This document shows, piece after piece, positions 1-7,649 of a DNA stretch of 64,000 nt. The DNA is from an uncultured Gammaproteobacteria bacterium (lineage in GTDB: Bacteria; Patescibacteriota; Microgenomatia; UBA8517), in NCBI GenBank assembly GCA_964599625.1, contig CAZRGC010000003.1, positions 97,759 to 161,758 on the forward strand, read 5' to 3'. Position 1 is the first letter of the stretch. Each line of letters starts with the position of its first letter. The translations under genes were made by a program, and so were the position numbers. The notes beneath the pieces were generated by a model that saw only the letters and a program-made list of their open reading frames with translations, ran no database searches and was not told where the DNA came from.

Positions 1-1
1 G

Positions 2-361
2 GCAGACGCCGAAAAGATAACACTTCTTAAGTTCAATATAATTTACGAGCTTCTCAAAGAGATTGAGGAAATTATGAAAAAAGGAAAAGTGGTAGAAGTC
101 GGAAAGGCGGAGATATTGGCCATATTCCCGTTTGATAATAAAAAAGTTGCAGGCTCCAAAGTCATTTCCGGAAGAATCACCAAGGGTGACCAGATAATAT
201 TAAGACGGGCTGACAAAGATCTTGGTAAGGCAAAAGCAGTTTCTGTAAGAAAGGGGAAGCAAGAGGTGGGGTCGGTAGGACAAAGTGAAGAATTTGGCGT
301 TATTCTTGAACCACAGCTTGATTTTGCTGTAGGTGACGTGTTAGTATCCGTGGCGAAGTAA
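2..361 (+). CDS. infB: Translation initiation factor IF-2, C-terminal fragment (5' partial; frame is open from the window start)
   Basis: Frame is open from nt 2. C-terminal IF-2 domain pattern (..KFNIIYELLKEIEEIM..VISGRITKGDQIILRR..GVILEPQLDFAVGDVLVSV). Confidence 0.75.
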   Translation, partial: ADAEKITLLKFNIIYELLKEIEEIMKKGKVVEVGKAEILAIFPFDNKKVAGSKVISGRITKGDQIILRRADKDLGKAKAVSVRKGKQEVGSVGQSEEFGVILEPQLDFAVGDVLVSVAK

Positions 362-379
362 ACCTGCCTCATTTAAGTA

Positions 380-1345
380 ATGGACAATACTCTATCTCAA
401 TTAATTGATTCGTCTTCATCTGTACTTATTATTTTGCCAACAAAACCGTACTTTGATCAGGTTGCTGCGGGGCTTTCGCTTTATTTATCTCTTAGGGATA
501 AGAAAGATGTGGCTATAACATGCCCAAGTCCAATGACAGTCGGATTTAATAGGCTCATAGGGGTTCAAAAGATTGTTTCTGAGGTTGGCAATAAGAATCT
601 AACAATTAGGTTTGCAGGATACGACGCCACAAACATTGAAAAGGTGAGTTATGATATCGAAAACGGTGAATTCAAACTAACTGTGGTTCCCAAGGTCGGT
701 TTCGATTCTCCTCAAAAGGAAAACTTGAACCTGAATTATTCAGGGATGTCTGCTGACCTTGTTATTTTGGTGGGTGGTGCCAACGAGACTCATTTTCCGG
801 TACTAACCTCACCTGATTTTAGTGTAGAAAAAATTGTTCATGTAGGCACAAGAGTTTTAACCACAACCCGTGAAGTCATGTCGCTTTCGAAACCGGGTTC
901 TTCTACCAGTGAAATTGTTGCCAACATAATTAAGACTAACGAGCTTGCAATGGACCCGGATATCGCAACCAATCTCATCATGGGTATAGAAGAGGGCAGC
1001 TCCCACTTTGAGAGTTCCGAAGTTCGTGCGGAAACCTTTGAGACTTTTGCTTTTCTTTTAAGAAATGGAGGAAGGAGAATGCCTAAAAACAAATTAAGTC
1101 CCATGAATTTTCCTCCAGGATCAATTCCCGGAGTACCCGTAGCCCAGCCAGGGATAAGGCTTCCAAAGATGCCACCGATGCCACCTTTGCAGACTCTACC
1201 TTCTTTTGATGAAGTTCTTGCTCCTGACATGGACTCAACCAAAGAGGAAGAATCTGAAATTGACCCCCCTGACGATTGGCTTCAGCCAAAAGTATTCAAA
1301 GGATCCGTTAACCAACCCGAGTCTTTTAGCGAGAACAAGGGTTAA
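380..1345 (+). CDS. DHH/DHHA1 (NrnA-like) fold protein with degenerate catalytic motifs and a Pro-rich C-terminal tail
   Basis: N-terminus (VLIILPTKPYFDQVAAGLSLYLSLRDKKDVAI) aligns to the NrnA N-terminus, but the HxxPDGDAxGS and DHH motifs are replaced (..DLVILVGGANETH..). The C-terminus is P-rich and low complexity. Confidence 0.4.
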   Translation: MDNTLSQLIDSSSSVLIILPTKPYFDQVAAGLSLYLSLRDKKDVAITCPSPMTVGFNRLIGVQKIVSEVGNKNLTIRFAGYDATNIEKVSYDIENGEFKLTVVPKVGFDSPQKENLNLNYSGMSADLVILVGGANETHFPVLTSPDFSVEKIVHVGTRVLTTTREVMSLSKPGSSTSEIVANIIKTNELAMDPDIATNLIMGIEEGSSHFESSEVRAETFETFAFLLRNGGRRMPKNKLSPMNFPPGSIPGVPVAQPGIRLPKMPPMPPLQTLPSFDEVLAPDMDSTKEEESEIDPPDDWLQPKVFKGSVNQPESFSENKG

Positions 1346-1395
1346 ATTTCCCCATATGGTTTAAAATGAGATTTTCCTGATCACTTATAGATATT

Positions 1396-2013
1396 ATGGA
1401 CAAAAAAAATGACCCCGTAGGACATGGTTACGGAACAGATACCCAGAGAGTTATAGATACTTATGTTTCTAGTAGAGACATTGAAGAGTATAGAAGGAAC
1501 TTGGGTTTCGAAAACAAAGAATCTTTTTTAGCCAATATTCCCCAAGGTGCAGTACTGCTTGATATAGGTTCCGGTAACAATGAATTTTCCAGAAACATGA
1601 TGGATGTAAGACCTGACGTTAAGATATTTAACCTCAACCCCGCTTTGGCGGACAAAACAAATAGACTATTCAGCAAACGTTACAACAATTCCTCGAACGA
1701 TATAGCAGCAATTAATCCAGGGCTTCCTTACAAAGACGCTTCTTTTGATGTTGTTTTGGACTGCATGGCCAGTATTTACCGAGCAGATCCGATTTTTGGT
1801 ATGACGAGAGAGGAATCAAATTTACAAAAATTAAAGGAGGTTGTTAGGGTTCTTAAACCCAATGGCTTTGCAGCAGTGGGCCCCCTCTTGAGAGAAGACG
1901 AGATTGCAGAGTTAGTTGAGAATTCGAGACGCATTGGTGGTATTTCGGTTCAAAAAGCTAAAATTATCGAGCCTAACTTCCAAAGTTTTCATATCCGAAA
2001 ACTACCTCTTTGA
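1396..2013 (+). CDS. Class I SAM-dependent methyltransferase
   Basis: Motif I VLLDIGSGNN. Downstream acidic residue and FDVVLD motif. ..VLKPNGF.. motif III-like. Confidence 0.6.
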   Translation: MDKKNDPVGHGYGTDTQRVIDTYVSSRDIEEYRRNLGFENKESFLANIPQGAVLLDIGSGNNEFSRNMMDVRPDVKIFNLNPALADKTNRLFSKRYNNSSNDIAAINPGLPYKDASFDVVLDCMASIYRADPIFGMTREESNLQKLKEVVRVLKPNGFAAVGPLLREDEIAELVENSRRIGGISVQKAKIIEPNFQSFHIRKLPL

Positions 2014-2114
2014 ACTCAGCCTTGAGTTGTGGTAAAATACCCAAGATGAAAACAAGGTTTTCTCTGAAATGAGGCTACTTTGTTTAACATGACGAATAGT
2101 CTTTCAAGACAACT

Positions 2115-2384
2115 ATGGCACTAGCCAAAGATCACAAACAAGACATTATCAAGAAGTTTTCCCGCGAAAAGGGTGATACAGGTTCTCCTGAAGTTCAGGT
2201 TGCGCTTCTTACCATCCAAATTGAAAAACTCGTAGGGCATCTTAAGGAACACAAAAAGGACGTTCATTCCAGACGTGGACTTTTGTCCATGGTTGCCAAA
2301 AGGCGCAGGCTTTTGAACTATCTTAGAAGAAGAGATGAAGAAAGATACAAAAAGCTTATTGAGGAATTGAAATTAGAGAAGTAA
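2115..2384 (+). CDS. rpsO: 30S ribosomal protein S15
   Basis: 89 aa. [36 protein letters not shown] signature of S15. Confidence 0.92.
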   Translation: MALAKDHKQDIIKKFSREKGDTGSPEVQVALLTIQIEKLVGHLKEHKKDVHSRRGLLSMVAKRRRLLNYLRRRDEERYKKLIEELKLEK

Positions 2385-2405
2385 AATACAAACAGTAGGT
2401 TTGAG

Positions 2406-2455
2406 GTTGAAGATGGTGTCCCGCAACGGCGGGACTTCAGAATACAACCTTCAAC
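2406..2455 (+). promoter_or_regulatory. rpsO-pnp intergenic stem-loop (perfect inner hairpin GTCCCGC-AACG-GCGGGAC with flanking GTTGAAG/CTTCAAC arms); candidate pnp leader / RNase III-type processing structure
   Basis: Inverted repeats read directly from the sequence. Not followed by a U-tract, so a leader structure is more likely than an intrinsic terminator. By analogy to the E. coli rpsO-pnp hairpin. Confidence 0.4.
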
Positions 2456-2470
2456 TTACCCCAGAATTAC

Positions 2471-4825
2471 ATGAAGAAAATAACAAAATCTTTAGAGCTC
2501 GGAGGAAAAACTCTGACTCTTACCACAGGTGAACTTGCAGAACAGGCAGCGGGTGCAGTTCTCGCTAGAATGGGCGACACAGTCGTATTGGCAACAGTGG
2601 CCGCAGCTCCACTCAAGATGGAAATGGATTATTTTCCACTTACAGTTGAATACCTCGAAAGACTTTATGCCGGTGGACGTATCAAAGGCAGTAAATGGGT
2701 CAAAAAAGAAGGAAGGCCCACAGATGAGGAAATTCTTTCCGCGAGACTTATAGACAGATCCATAAGACCCCTTTTCCCCAAGACCTACAAAAAAGAAGTT
2801 CAGGTGATTGTCACTGTAATGGCTGTGGACATGGAAAATGACCCTGCCATTTTGGGTGCAATCGCGGCTTCGGCAGCTGTTCACGTTTCTACACTTCCCT
2901 GGAAAGGTCCAGTTGCTCCACTTACGGTTGGACTTATAAACGGAGAGTACAAGATTAACCCGTCAAATTCAGAGATGGAAAATTCACTTATGGATCTTAC
3001 AGTTTCTTCGACAAAAGAGGCTGTTCTCATGATCGAGGCAGGAGCCAAAGAAGTAACAGAAGAGCAAATTGTGGGAGGAGTTGAATTTGCACAGAAAGAA
3101 TCTAAAGCGGTTTTGGCTTTTATTGAAGAACTTGCAAAAGAGGCAGGTAGGGACAGAGAAACATATGTTCCCGAAAAACCTTCTGCTGAACTTGAAAAAC
3201 AAGTAGAAAAACTGGTTGGAGACAAAATTGCGGGTGTTGTTGAAAGCTTGGTTAGTGTAGAAAACGGAAGATCTACAGAGCTTCAGGATTTGATTGACGC
3301 AGTTGTTGCAAATGTTACGGAGGAAGATGCTAAATGGGTTCCTGAGATTGTTGACCATATGAAGAAAGATTATATTCGTAGTCAGATTCTCAAAAAAGGA
3401 AAAAGACCAGACGGCAGGAAACTCACGGAAGTCAGAAAACTTTCTGGTGAGGTTGGCTATTTACCCAGAGTTCACGGTTCGGCTTTGTTCAAAAGAGGGC
3501 AGACACATGTCTTGTCTGTAGCTACGCTTGGTGCTCAGTCAATGGGACTCCTTTTGGAATCTGCAGAAGGCGAAGTCGAAAAAAGATATATGCACCAATA
3601 TTCCATGCCTCCTTATGCCAGCGGTGAGGTTGGAAGATTTGGTAACGCAGGAAGACGCGAAATTGGACACGGTGCTCTCGCAGAACGTGCACTTACACCG
3701 GTAATTCCTTCTCAGGATGAGTTCCCTTACACAATAAGAGTGGTATCAGAAGTTATGAGTTCAAATGGTTCGACTTCAATGGCTTCTGTTGTTGGTTCTA
3801 CATTGTCACTCATGGATGCAGGTGTACCCATAAAAGCTCCTGTTGCAGGTATTGCAATGGGTCTCATTATCGAAAACGAAAAAGAATTTGCGGTTCTTTC
3901 GGATATCATGGGCATCGAGGACTTCAACGGTGATATGGATTTCAAAGTGGCAGGCACCGATAACGGAATTACAGCACTTCAGCTTGATGTTAAGACCCTA
4001 AACCTTACCAAAGAAATTCTGGAGAAAGCACTTGAACAGTCCAAGGATGCAAGGTCCCAAGTGATGAAAGCCATCAAGGACACTTTGGCTGAACCCAGAA
4101 CTACAGTCTCGGAATATGCACCCAAGATTAAAGTGGTTAAGATTCCAGTTGAGAAGATTGGGGAATTTATAGGCCCAAGCGGAAAGAATATCAAAAAGCT
4201 TATGGCTGACACAGGGTGTCAGGTGGACGTTGAAGACGATGGAAGTGTTGCTATATCTGGAGTTGACCCGGACAAGATGCAGCAGGCGGTTGCATTTGTA
4301 GAAGGTTTTGCAAAAGTCGTGCAACCTGGAGAAATTTATGAAGGTGAAGTCGTGAGACTTATGTCATTCGGGGCATTTGTAAATATTTTGCCCGGCAAAG
4401 ACGGCATGGTGCATGTTTCAGACATGGGCCAGGAGGGATTTGTTAAAGATGCAGGAGATGTTGTAAGCATTGGACAAAAAGTTCAAGTTAGAGTTAAAGA
4501 AGTTGACGATATGGGAAGAATCAATCTTTCTATGAATATGGATCCTGCAATGGATGAAAAGATCAAAGCTGAAAGACAAGCAAAGTTTGGTGACAGAGGC
4601 GGCAGAGGTGGCGGACGAGGTGGATTTGGCGGAGGTCGCGGCGGATTTGGAGGCGGCAGAGGTGGCGGACGAGGTGGATTTGGCGGAGGTCGCGGCGGAT
4701 TTGGAGGCGGCAGAGGAAGAAGTTTTGACAGAGCCGATAGGGGTGCAAGTGGGGGACCACATTTTCCTGCATCCAGATTAATGGGTGACAATAATTCTTC
4801 GGGTGGCAACGACTTCGGAAGATAA
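2471..4825 (+). CDS. pnp: Polyribonucleotide nucleotidyltransferase (PNPase) with an RGG/RG-rich C-terminal extension
   Basis: 784 aa. Two RNase PH-like domains, KH (..KIGEFIGPSGKNIKKL..) and S1 (..GEVVRLMSFGAFVNILPGKDGMVHVSD..). Tail GGRGGGRGGFGGGRGGFG repeated. Confidence 0.95.
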   Translation: MKKITKSLELGGKTLTLTTGELAEQAAGAVLARMGDTVVLATVAAAPLKMEMDYFPLTVEYLERLYAGGRIKGSKWVKKEGRPTDEEILSARLIDRSIRPLFPKTYKKEVQVIVTVMAVDMENDPAILGAIAASAAVHVSTLPWKGPVAPLTVGLINGEYKINPSNSEMENSLMDLTVSSTKEAVLMIEAGAKEVTEEQIVGGVEFAQKESKAVLAFIEELAKEAGRDRETYVPEKPSAELEKQVEKLVGDKIAGVVESLVSVENGRSTELQDLIDAVVANVTEEDAKWVPEIVDHMKKDYIRSQILKKGKRPDGRKLTEVRKLSGEVGYLPRVHGSALFKRGQTHVLSVATLGAQSMGLLLESAEGEVEKRYMHQYSMPPYASGEVGRFGNAGRREIGHGALAERALTPVIPSQDEFPYTIRVVSEVMSSNGSTSMASVVGSTLSLMDAGVPIKAPVAGIAMGLIIENEKEFAVLSDIMGIEDFNGDMDFKVAGTDNGITALQLDVKTLNLTKEILEKALEQSKDARSQVMKAIKDTLAEPRTTVSEYAPKIKVVKIPVEKIGEFIGPSGKNIKKLMADTGCQVDVEDDGSVAISGVDPDKMQQAVAFVEGFAKVVQPGEIYEGEVVRLMSFGAFVNILPGKDGMVHVSDMGQEGFVKDAGDVVSIGQKVQVRVKEVDDMGRINLSMNMDPAMDEKIKAERQAKFGDRGGRGGGRGGFGGGRGGFGGGRGGGRGGFGGGRGGFGGGRGRSFDRADRGASGGPHFPASRLMGDNNSSGGNDFGR
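4598..4716 (+). repeat. Tandem 54-bp direct repeat (2 full copies + 11-nt partial) inside pnp, encoding the 18-aa unit GGRGGGRGGFGGGRGGFG
   Basis: Identical 54-nt units beginning at 4598 and 4652 (ggcggcagaggtggcggacgaggtggatttggcggaggtcgcggcggatttgga). Confidence 0.85.
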
Positions 4826-4846
4826 TCTTCATTGCCTAAGATTTAG

Positions 4847-5929
4847 GTGATACACTGGAAAGGAATTTTTTTTAAATTTGTTATGGATACTGCCGCACAA
4901 GAAATAAACGTACTTATAGAAAAAGTTAAGGCCTCGGATATGCCCGACAAACTTCGTGAGAGAGTGATGGTAAGACTTAGTCAGTTGGCAAAACTTACAA
5001 ATTCCCCATCTTTTTTGCCAGAATTCGACAGCATGGTCAAATATATTGATTGGATAACAATTCTTCCTTGGAACAAAAGAACTAAAGATGTTTTGGATCT
5101 AGCTAACGCCGCAAAAATTTTGGAAGAACATCATTACGGATTGGCCGAGCTAAAAGAGAGAGTTTTGGAGTACATGAGTGTTATGAAACTTAAAACAGAG
5201 CGCGGAGAAAGTGCAGACATATATAGGGCCCCAATTCTTTGTTTTGTGGGACTTGTTGGTACAGGAAAGACAACGATCGCATATTCTATTGCCGAAGCTT
5301 TGGGACGCCCCATTGCCCGTATTCCTTTTGGAGGAATGGGAGACCCGCTTGATCTTCGTGGACAGTCTCGTATGCACCCCGAAGCAGAGCCGGGGAAGAT
5401 TATTAAAGCACTAAGAGACTGTCAGTCCAAAAATCCTGTCATACTTTTGGATGAAATCGACCGTGTCACAGAACAGGGTAGGGCTTCAATAATGGGTGTT
5501 TTGGTTGAGCTTTTGGACCCTAAACAGAATAAAGCTTTTACTGACCACTATTTAGATTTTCCAGTGGATTTATCCGAAGCATTGTTTATTGCGACAGCAA
5601 ACAACACAACCAATATAGCAACTGCTGTTATGGACAGAATCGAACCAATTTCCATGCCTTCATACTCAGATCAAGAAAAAATAGTAATTGCCAAAAAATA
5701 TATTCTGCCGCACGCGCTTAAAGCGTCAGGGCTTCCCGAGGGGTCTTTAACTATAGACGACGAAGTTTGGATTAATATTGTCCGTCCTTTGGGATTTGAT
5801 GCAGGTATCCGTACATTGGAAAGAAATATAGACGGCGTTGTGAGGAAAGTTGCAAGGTTAATGGTGGAAGGAAAAGCACAAACAGTAAGTGTTACCCCCC
5901 AGAACGTTAAACAATTCATGCCACAGTAA
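4847..5929 (+). CDS. Lon-family AAA+ ATPase module (no N-terminal LON domain, no S16 peptidase domain)
   Basis: ILPWNKRTKDVLDL..HYGLAELKERVLEYMSV, Walker A GLVGTGKTT, Walker B ILLDEIDRV. The ORF starts immediately after pnp and ends after the Lon alpha-helical lid (..GIRTLERNIDGVVRKVAR..). The downstream ORF has no Ser-Lys dyad peptidase motifs. Confidence 0.7.
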   Translation: MIHWKGIFFKFVMDTAAQEINVLIEKVKASDMPDKLRERVMVRLSQLAKLTNSPSFLPEFDSMVKYIDWITILPWNKRTKDVLDLANAAKILEEHHYGLAELKERVLEYMSVMKLKTERGESADIYRAPILCFVGLVGTGKTTIAYSIAEALGRPIARIPFGGMGDPLDLRGQSRMHPEAEPGKIIKALRDCQSKNPVILLDEIDRVTEQGRASIMGVLVELLDPKQNKAFTDHYLDFPVDLSEALFIATANNTTNIATAVMDRIEPISMPSYSDQEKIVIAKKYILPHALKASGLPEGSLTIDDEVWINIVRPLGFDAGIRTLERNIDGVVRKVARLMVEGKAQTVSVTPQNVKQFMPQ

Positions 5930-5979
5930 TGTCACAAGAAAGCTATGCCGCAGTAACTCACTAAGTCTGCGACATAAAA

Positions 5980-6006
5980 TTTACAAGCTATTTTGTTGTG
6001 TATAAT
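5980..6006 (+). promoter_or_regulatory. Putative sigma70-type promoter (TTTACA-15nt-TATAAT)
   Basis: TTTACA 5980-5985, TATAAT 6001-6006. Confidence 0.4.
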
Positions 6007-6559
6007 GTTTGAAATGGCAGAGGTTGGATACAATGTTTACGCACAAGAACGAAGATATATAGAAACCCGTGTTGCTGAGATTACATTGGTGGAGCATATA
6101 GCAACAATGTATAAATCCATTCAAGACAATGTTACTACGGGTTGGCATTCTGTAAACAATACTCAAAACCAAATTCTGGACATATTGGCAAACGATTACA
6201 ATTCATGGCAATCGTTTCCTGAGCACCAAAATAAAGCAGGTTTGGACAGGGGCGCTCACGGTGAATACTTTATGAGACTGATTGGAGCCGGAATATTGGA
6301 GGATTTACCTCACAGATTTTTGTCAGAAGATGGAAAAGACATTTCGGGCGTAGAAATTCTCGCCACTCCTTCAGGAGACGACGGTGTAGGTATATTTGAT
6401 GTGACTTTTAAAATAGAATCAGGCAAAAAGAATGAATTTGGAAGGGTTAGAGTAAACGCAAGTATGCAATCACTTAGAGCTAGGATGAAAGATTTGTCCG
6501 AAGAGATGCGAATTTATAACGAAAGAATAAATGAAGGTAGGGGCGATTGGCAAAAATGA
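5993..6559 (+). CDS. Hypothetical protein (likely true start at ATG 6014, just downstream of the -10 box)
   Basis: Long ORF with no recognisable motifs. The annotated start codons overlap the promoter hexamers. Confidence 0.4.
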   Translation: MLCIMFEMAEVGYNVYAQERRYIETRVAEITLVEHIATMYKSIQDNVTTGWHSVNNTQNQILDILANDYNSWQSFPEHQNKAGLDRGAHGEYFMRLIGAGILEDLPHRFLSEDGKDISGVEILATPSGDDGVGIFDVTFKIESGKKNEFGRVRVNASMQSLRARMKDLSEEMRIYNERINEGRGDWQK

Positions 6560-7032
6560 AAATATTAGTCATTTCTGACTCTCATGGACAAATTTCCAAC
6601 CTTGAACATATCTTGGGTTTTGCAAAAAAGATAGGCGCCGGGGCACTTATTCACTGTGGAGATTGGGATAATTTATCTTCCGTAGAAAAAGTTTTGGAGT
6701 CACAAATTCCGCTTTATTCAGTTTCTGGAAATGCCGATGTCGACCCCAGTATTAAAAAAAGACTAGAAGAAGGATCGGAAAAATATGGAGAAAACTTTCT
6801 GTATTTTGAGTTGGAAGGAAAAAAAATCGGAGTGACCCACAAACCTAAAGATGTTAAAAAATATTTTGAAAATAGTGGGGCAGATATAGTTTTTTGTGGA
6901 CATTTACACTCTGTAGACGACAATTTTGTTTCCGGAATCCGAGTTGTCAGACCCGGAGCGGTAAAATCAGGAATAAATATTGTTGTTTATGAAACAAAAA
7001 ATGGAGACCTAGAATTTATAAAAGATGAATGA
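6547..7032 (+). CDS. Metallophosphoesterase (YfcE/MJ0936 family phosphodiesterase)
   Basis: ILVISDSHG ... IHCGDW ... GHLH motifs typical of the calcineurin-like phosphoesterase family. Confidence 0.7.
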   Translation: MAKMKILVISDSHGQISNLEHILGFAKKIGAGALIHCGDWDNLSSVEKVLESQIPLYSVSGNADVDPSIKKRLEEGSEKYGENFLYFELEGKKIGVTHKPKDVKKYFENSGADIVFCGHLHSVDDNFVSGIRVVRPGAVKSGINIVVYETKNGDLEFIKDE

Positions 7033-7615
7033 AAGTATAATTCACGAAAAATACAAAAAACTCCACGAGTTAAAAGACAAAATGGAAAAGGACGAATCTT
7101 TACCTTTGAAAAAGGGTGCCACCCGCCTTGTTTTTGGAACCGGTAACACAGAAGCAAAGATTTTATGTATTGGGGAAGGGCCGGGCTTTAATGAGGACCG
7201 AGAAGGTCTGCCTTTTGTGGGACAAGCAGGGAGGTTGTTGGATAAACTTTTACATCTTGCAGGCATCGAGCGCAAGACGGTATTTATAACAAACGTTGTT
7301 CATCACAGACCCCCTGAGAACCGTGACCCGTTGCCAGAAGAAATATCCGCTTACGGAAAATACCTGGACGAAATAATAAAAATAATAAATCCTAAAATGA
7401 TTATTACACTTGGAAGGTTTTCAATGGCAAAGTTTTTACCTGATGTATTTATTTCTCAGGTGCATGGTAAAAATTACAAAGTTGATTTTGGAGGCAGAAC
7501 AGTAACTATTGTGCCAATGTATCATCCCGCAGCAAGTTTGAGGAACGGCAATATTTTAGAAGCAGAAAAAAAAGATTTTTTAGAACTCGGAAAAATATTG
7601 CGGGATTTTAATTAA
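7025..7615 (+). CDS. Uracil-DNA glycosylase, family 4
   Basis: GEGPGFNEDREGLPFVGQAGRLL and HHRPPENR.. motifs of family 4 UDG. Confidence 0.8.
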   Translation: MNESIIHEKYKKLHELKDKMEKDESLPLKKGATRLVFGTGNTEAKILCIGEGPGFNEDREGLPFVGQAGRLLDKLLHLAGIERKTVFITNVVHHRPPENRDPLPEEISAYGKYLDEIIKIINPKMIITLGRFSMAKFLPDVFISQVHGKNYKVDFGGRTVTIVPMYHPAASLRNGNILEAEKKDFLELGKILRDFN

Positions 7616-7649
7616 ACCGATTATTGGGTACAATATAGATACTTCGAAA

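Noticed and set aside
2492-4324. Several 100-130-aa minus-strand ORFs overlapping pnp (2492-2884, 2881-3225, 2984-3358, 3998-4324)
   Set aside because: Antisense or alternative-frame ORFs inside a confidently identified PNPase gene, with no motifs.
4590-4730. Tandem repeats considered as a possible CRISPR or mini-satellite
   Set aside because: Only two 54-bp units with no spacers, in-frame within pnp, and they encode the RGG tail.
4483-4809. Minus-strand ORF encoding a proline-rich PPNPPRPPP repeat protein
   Set aside because: It is the reverse-complement shadow of the GGC/GGA-rich RGG repeat inside pnp, so it is not an independent gene.
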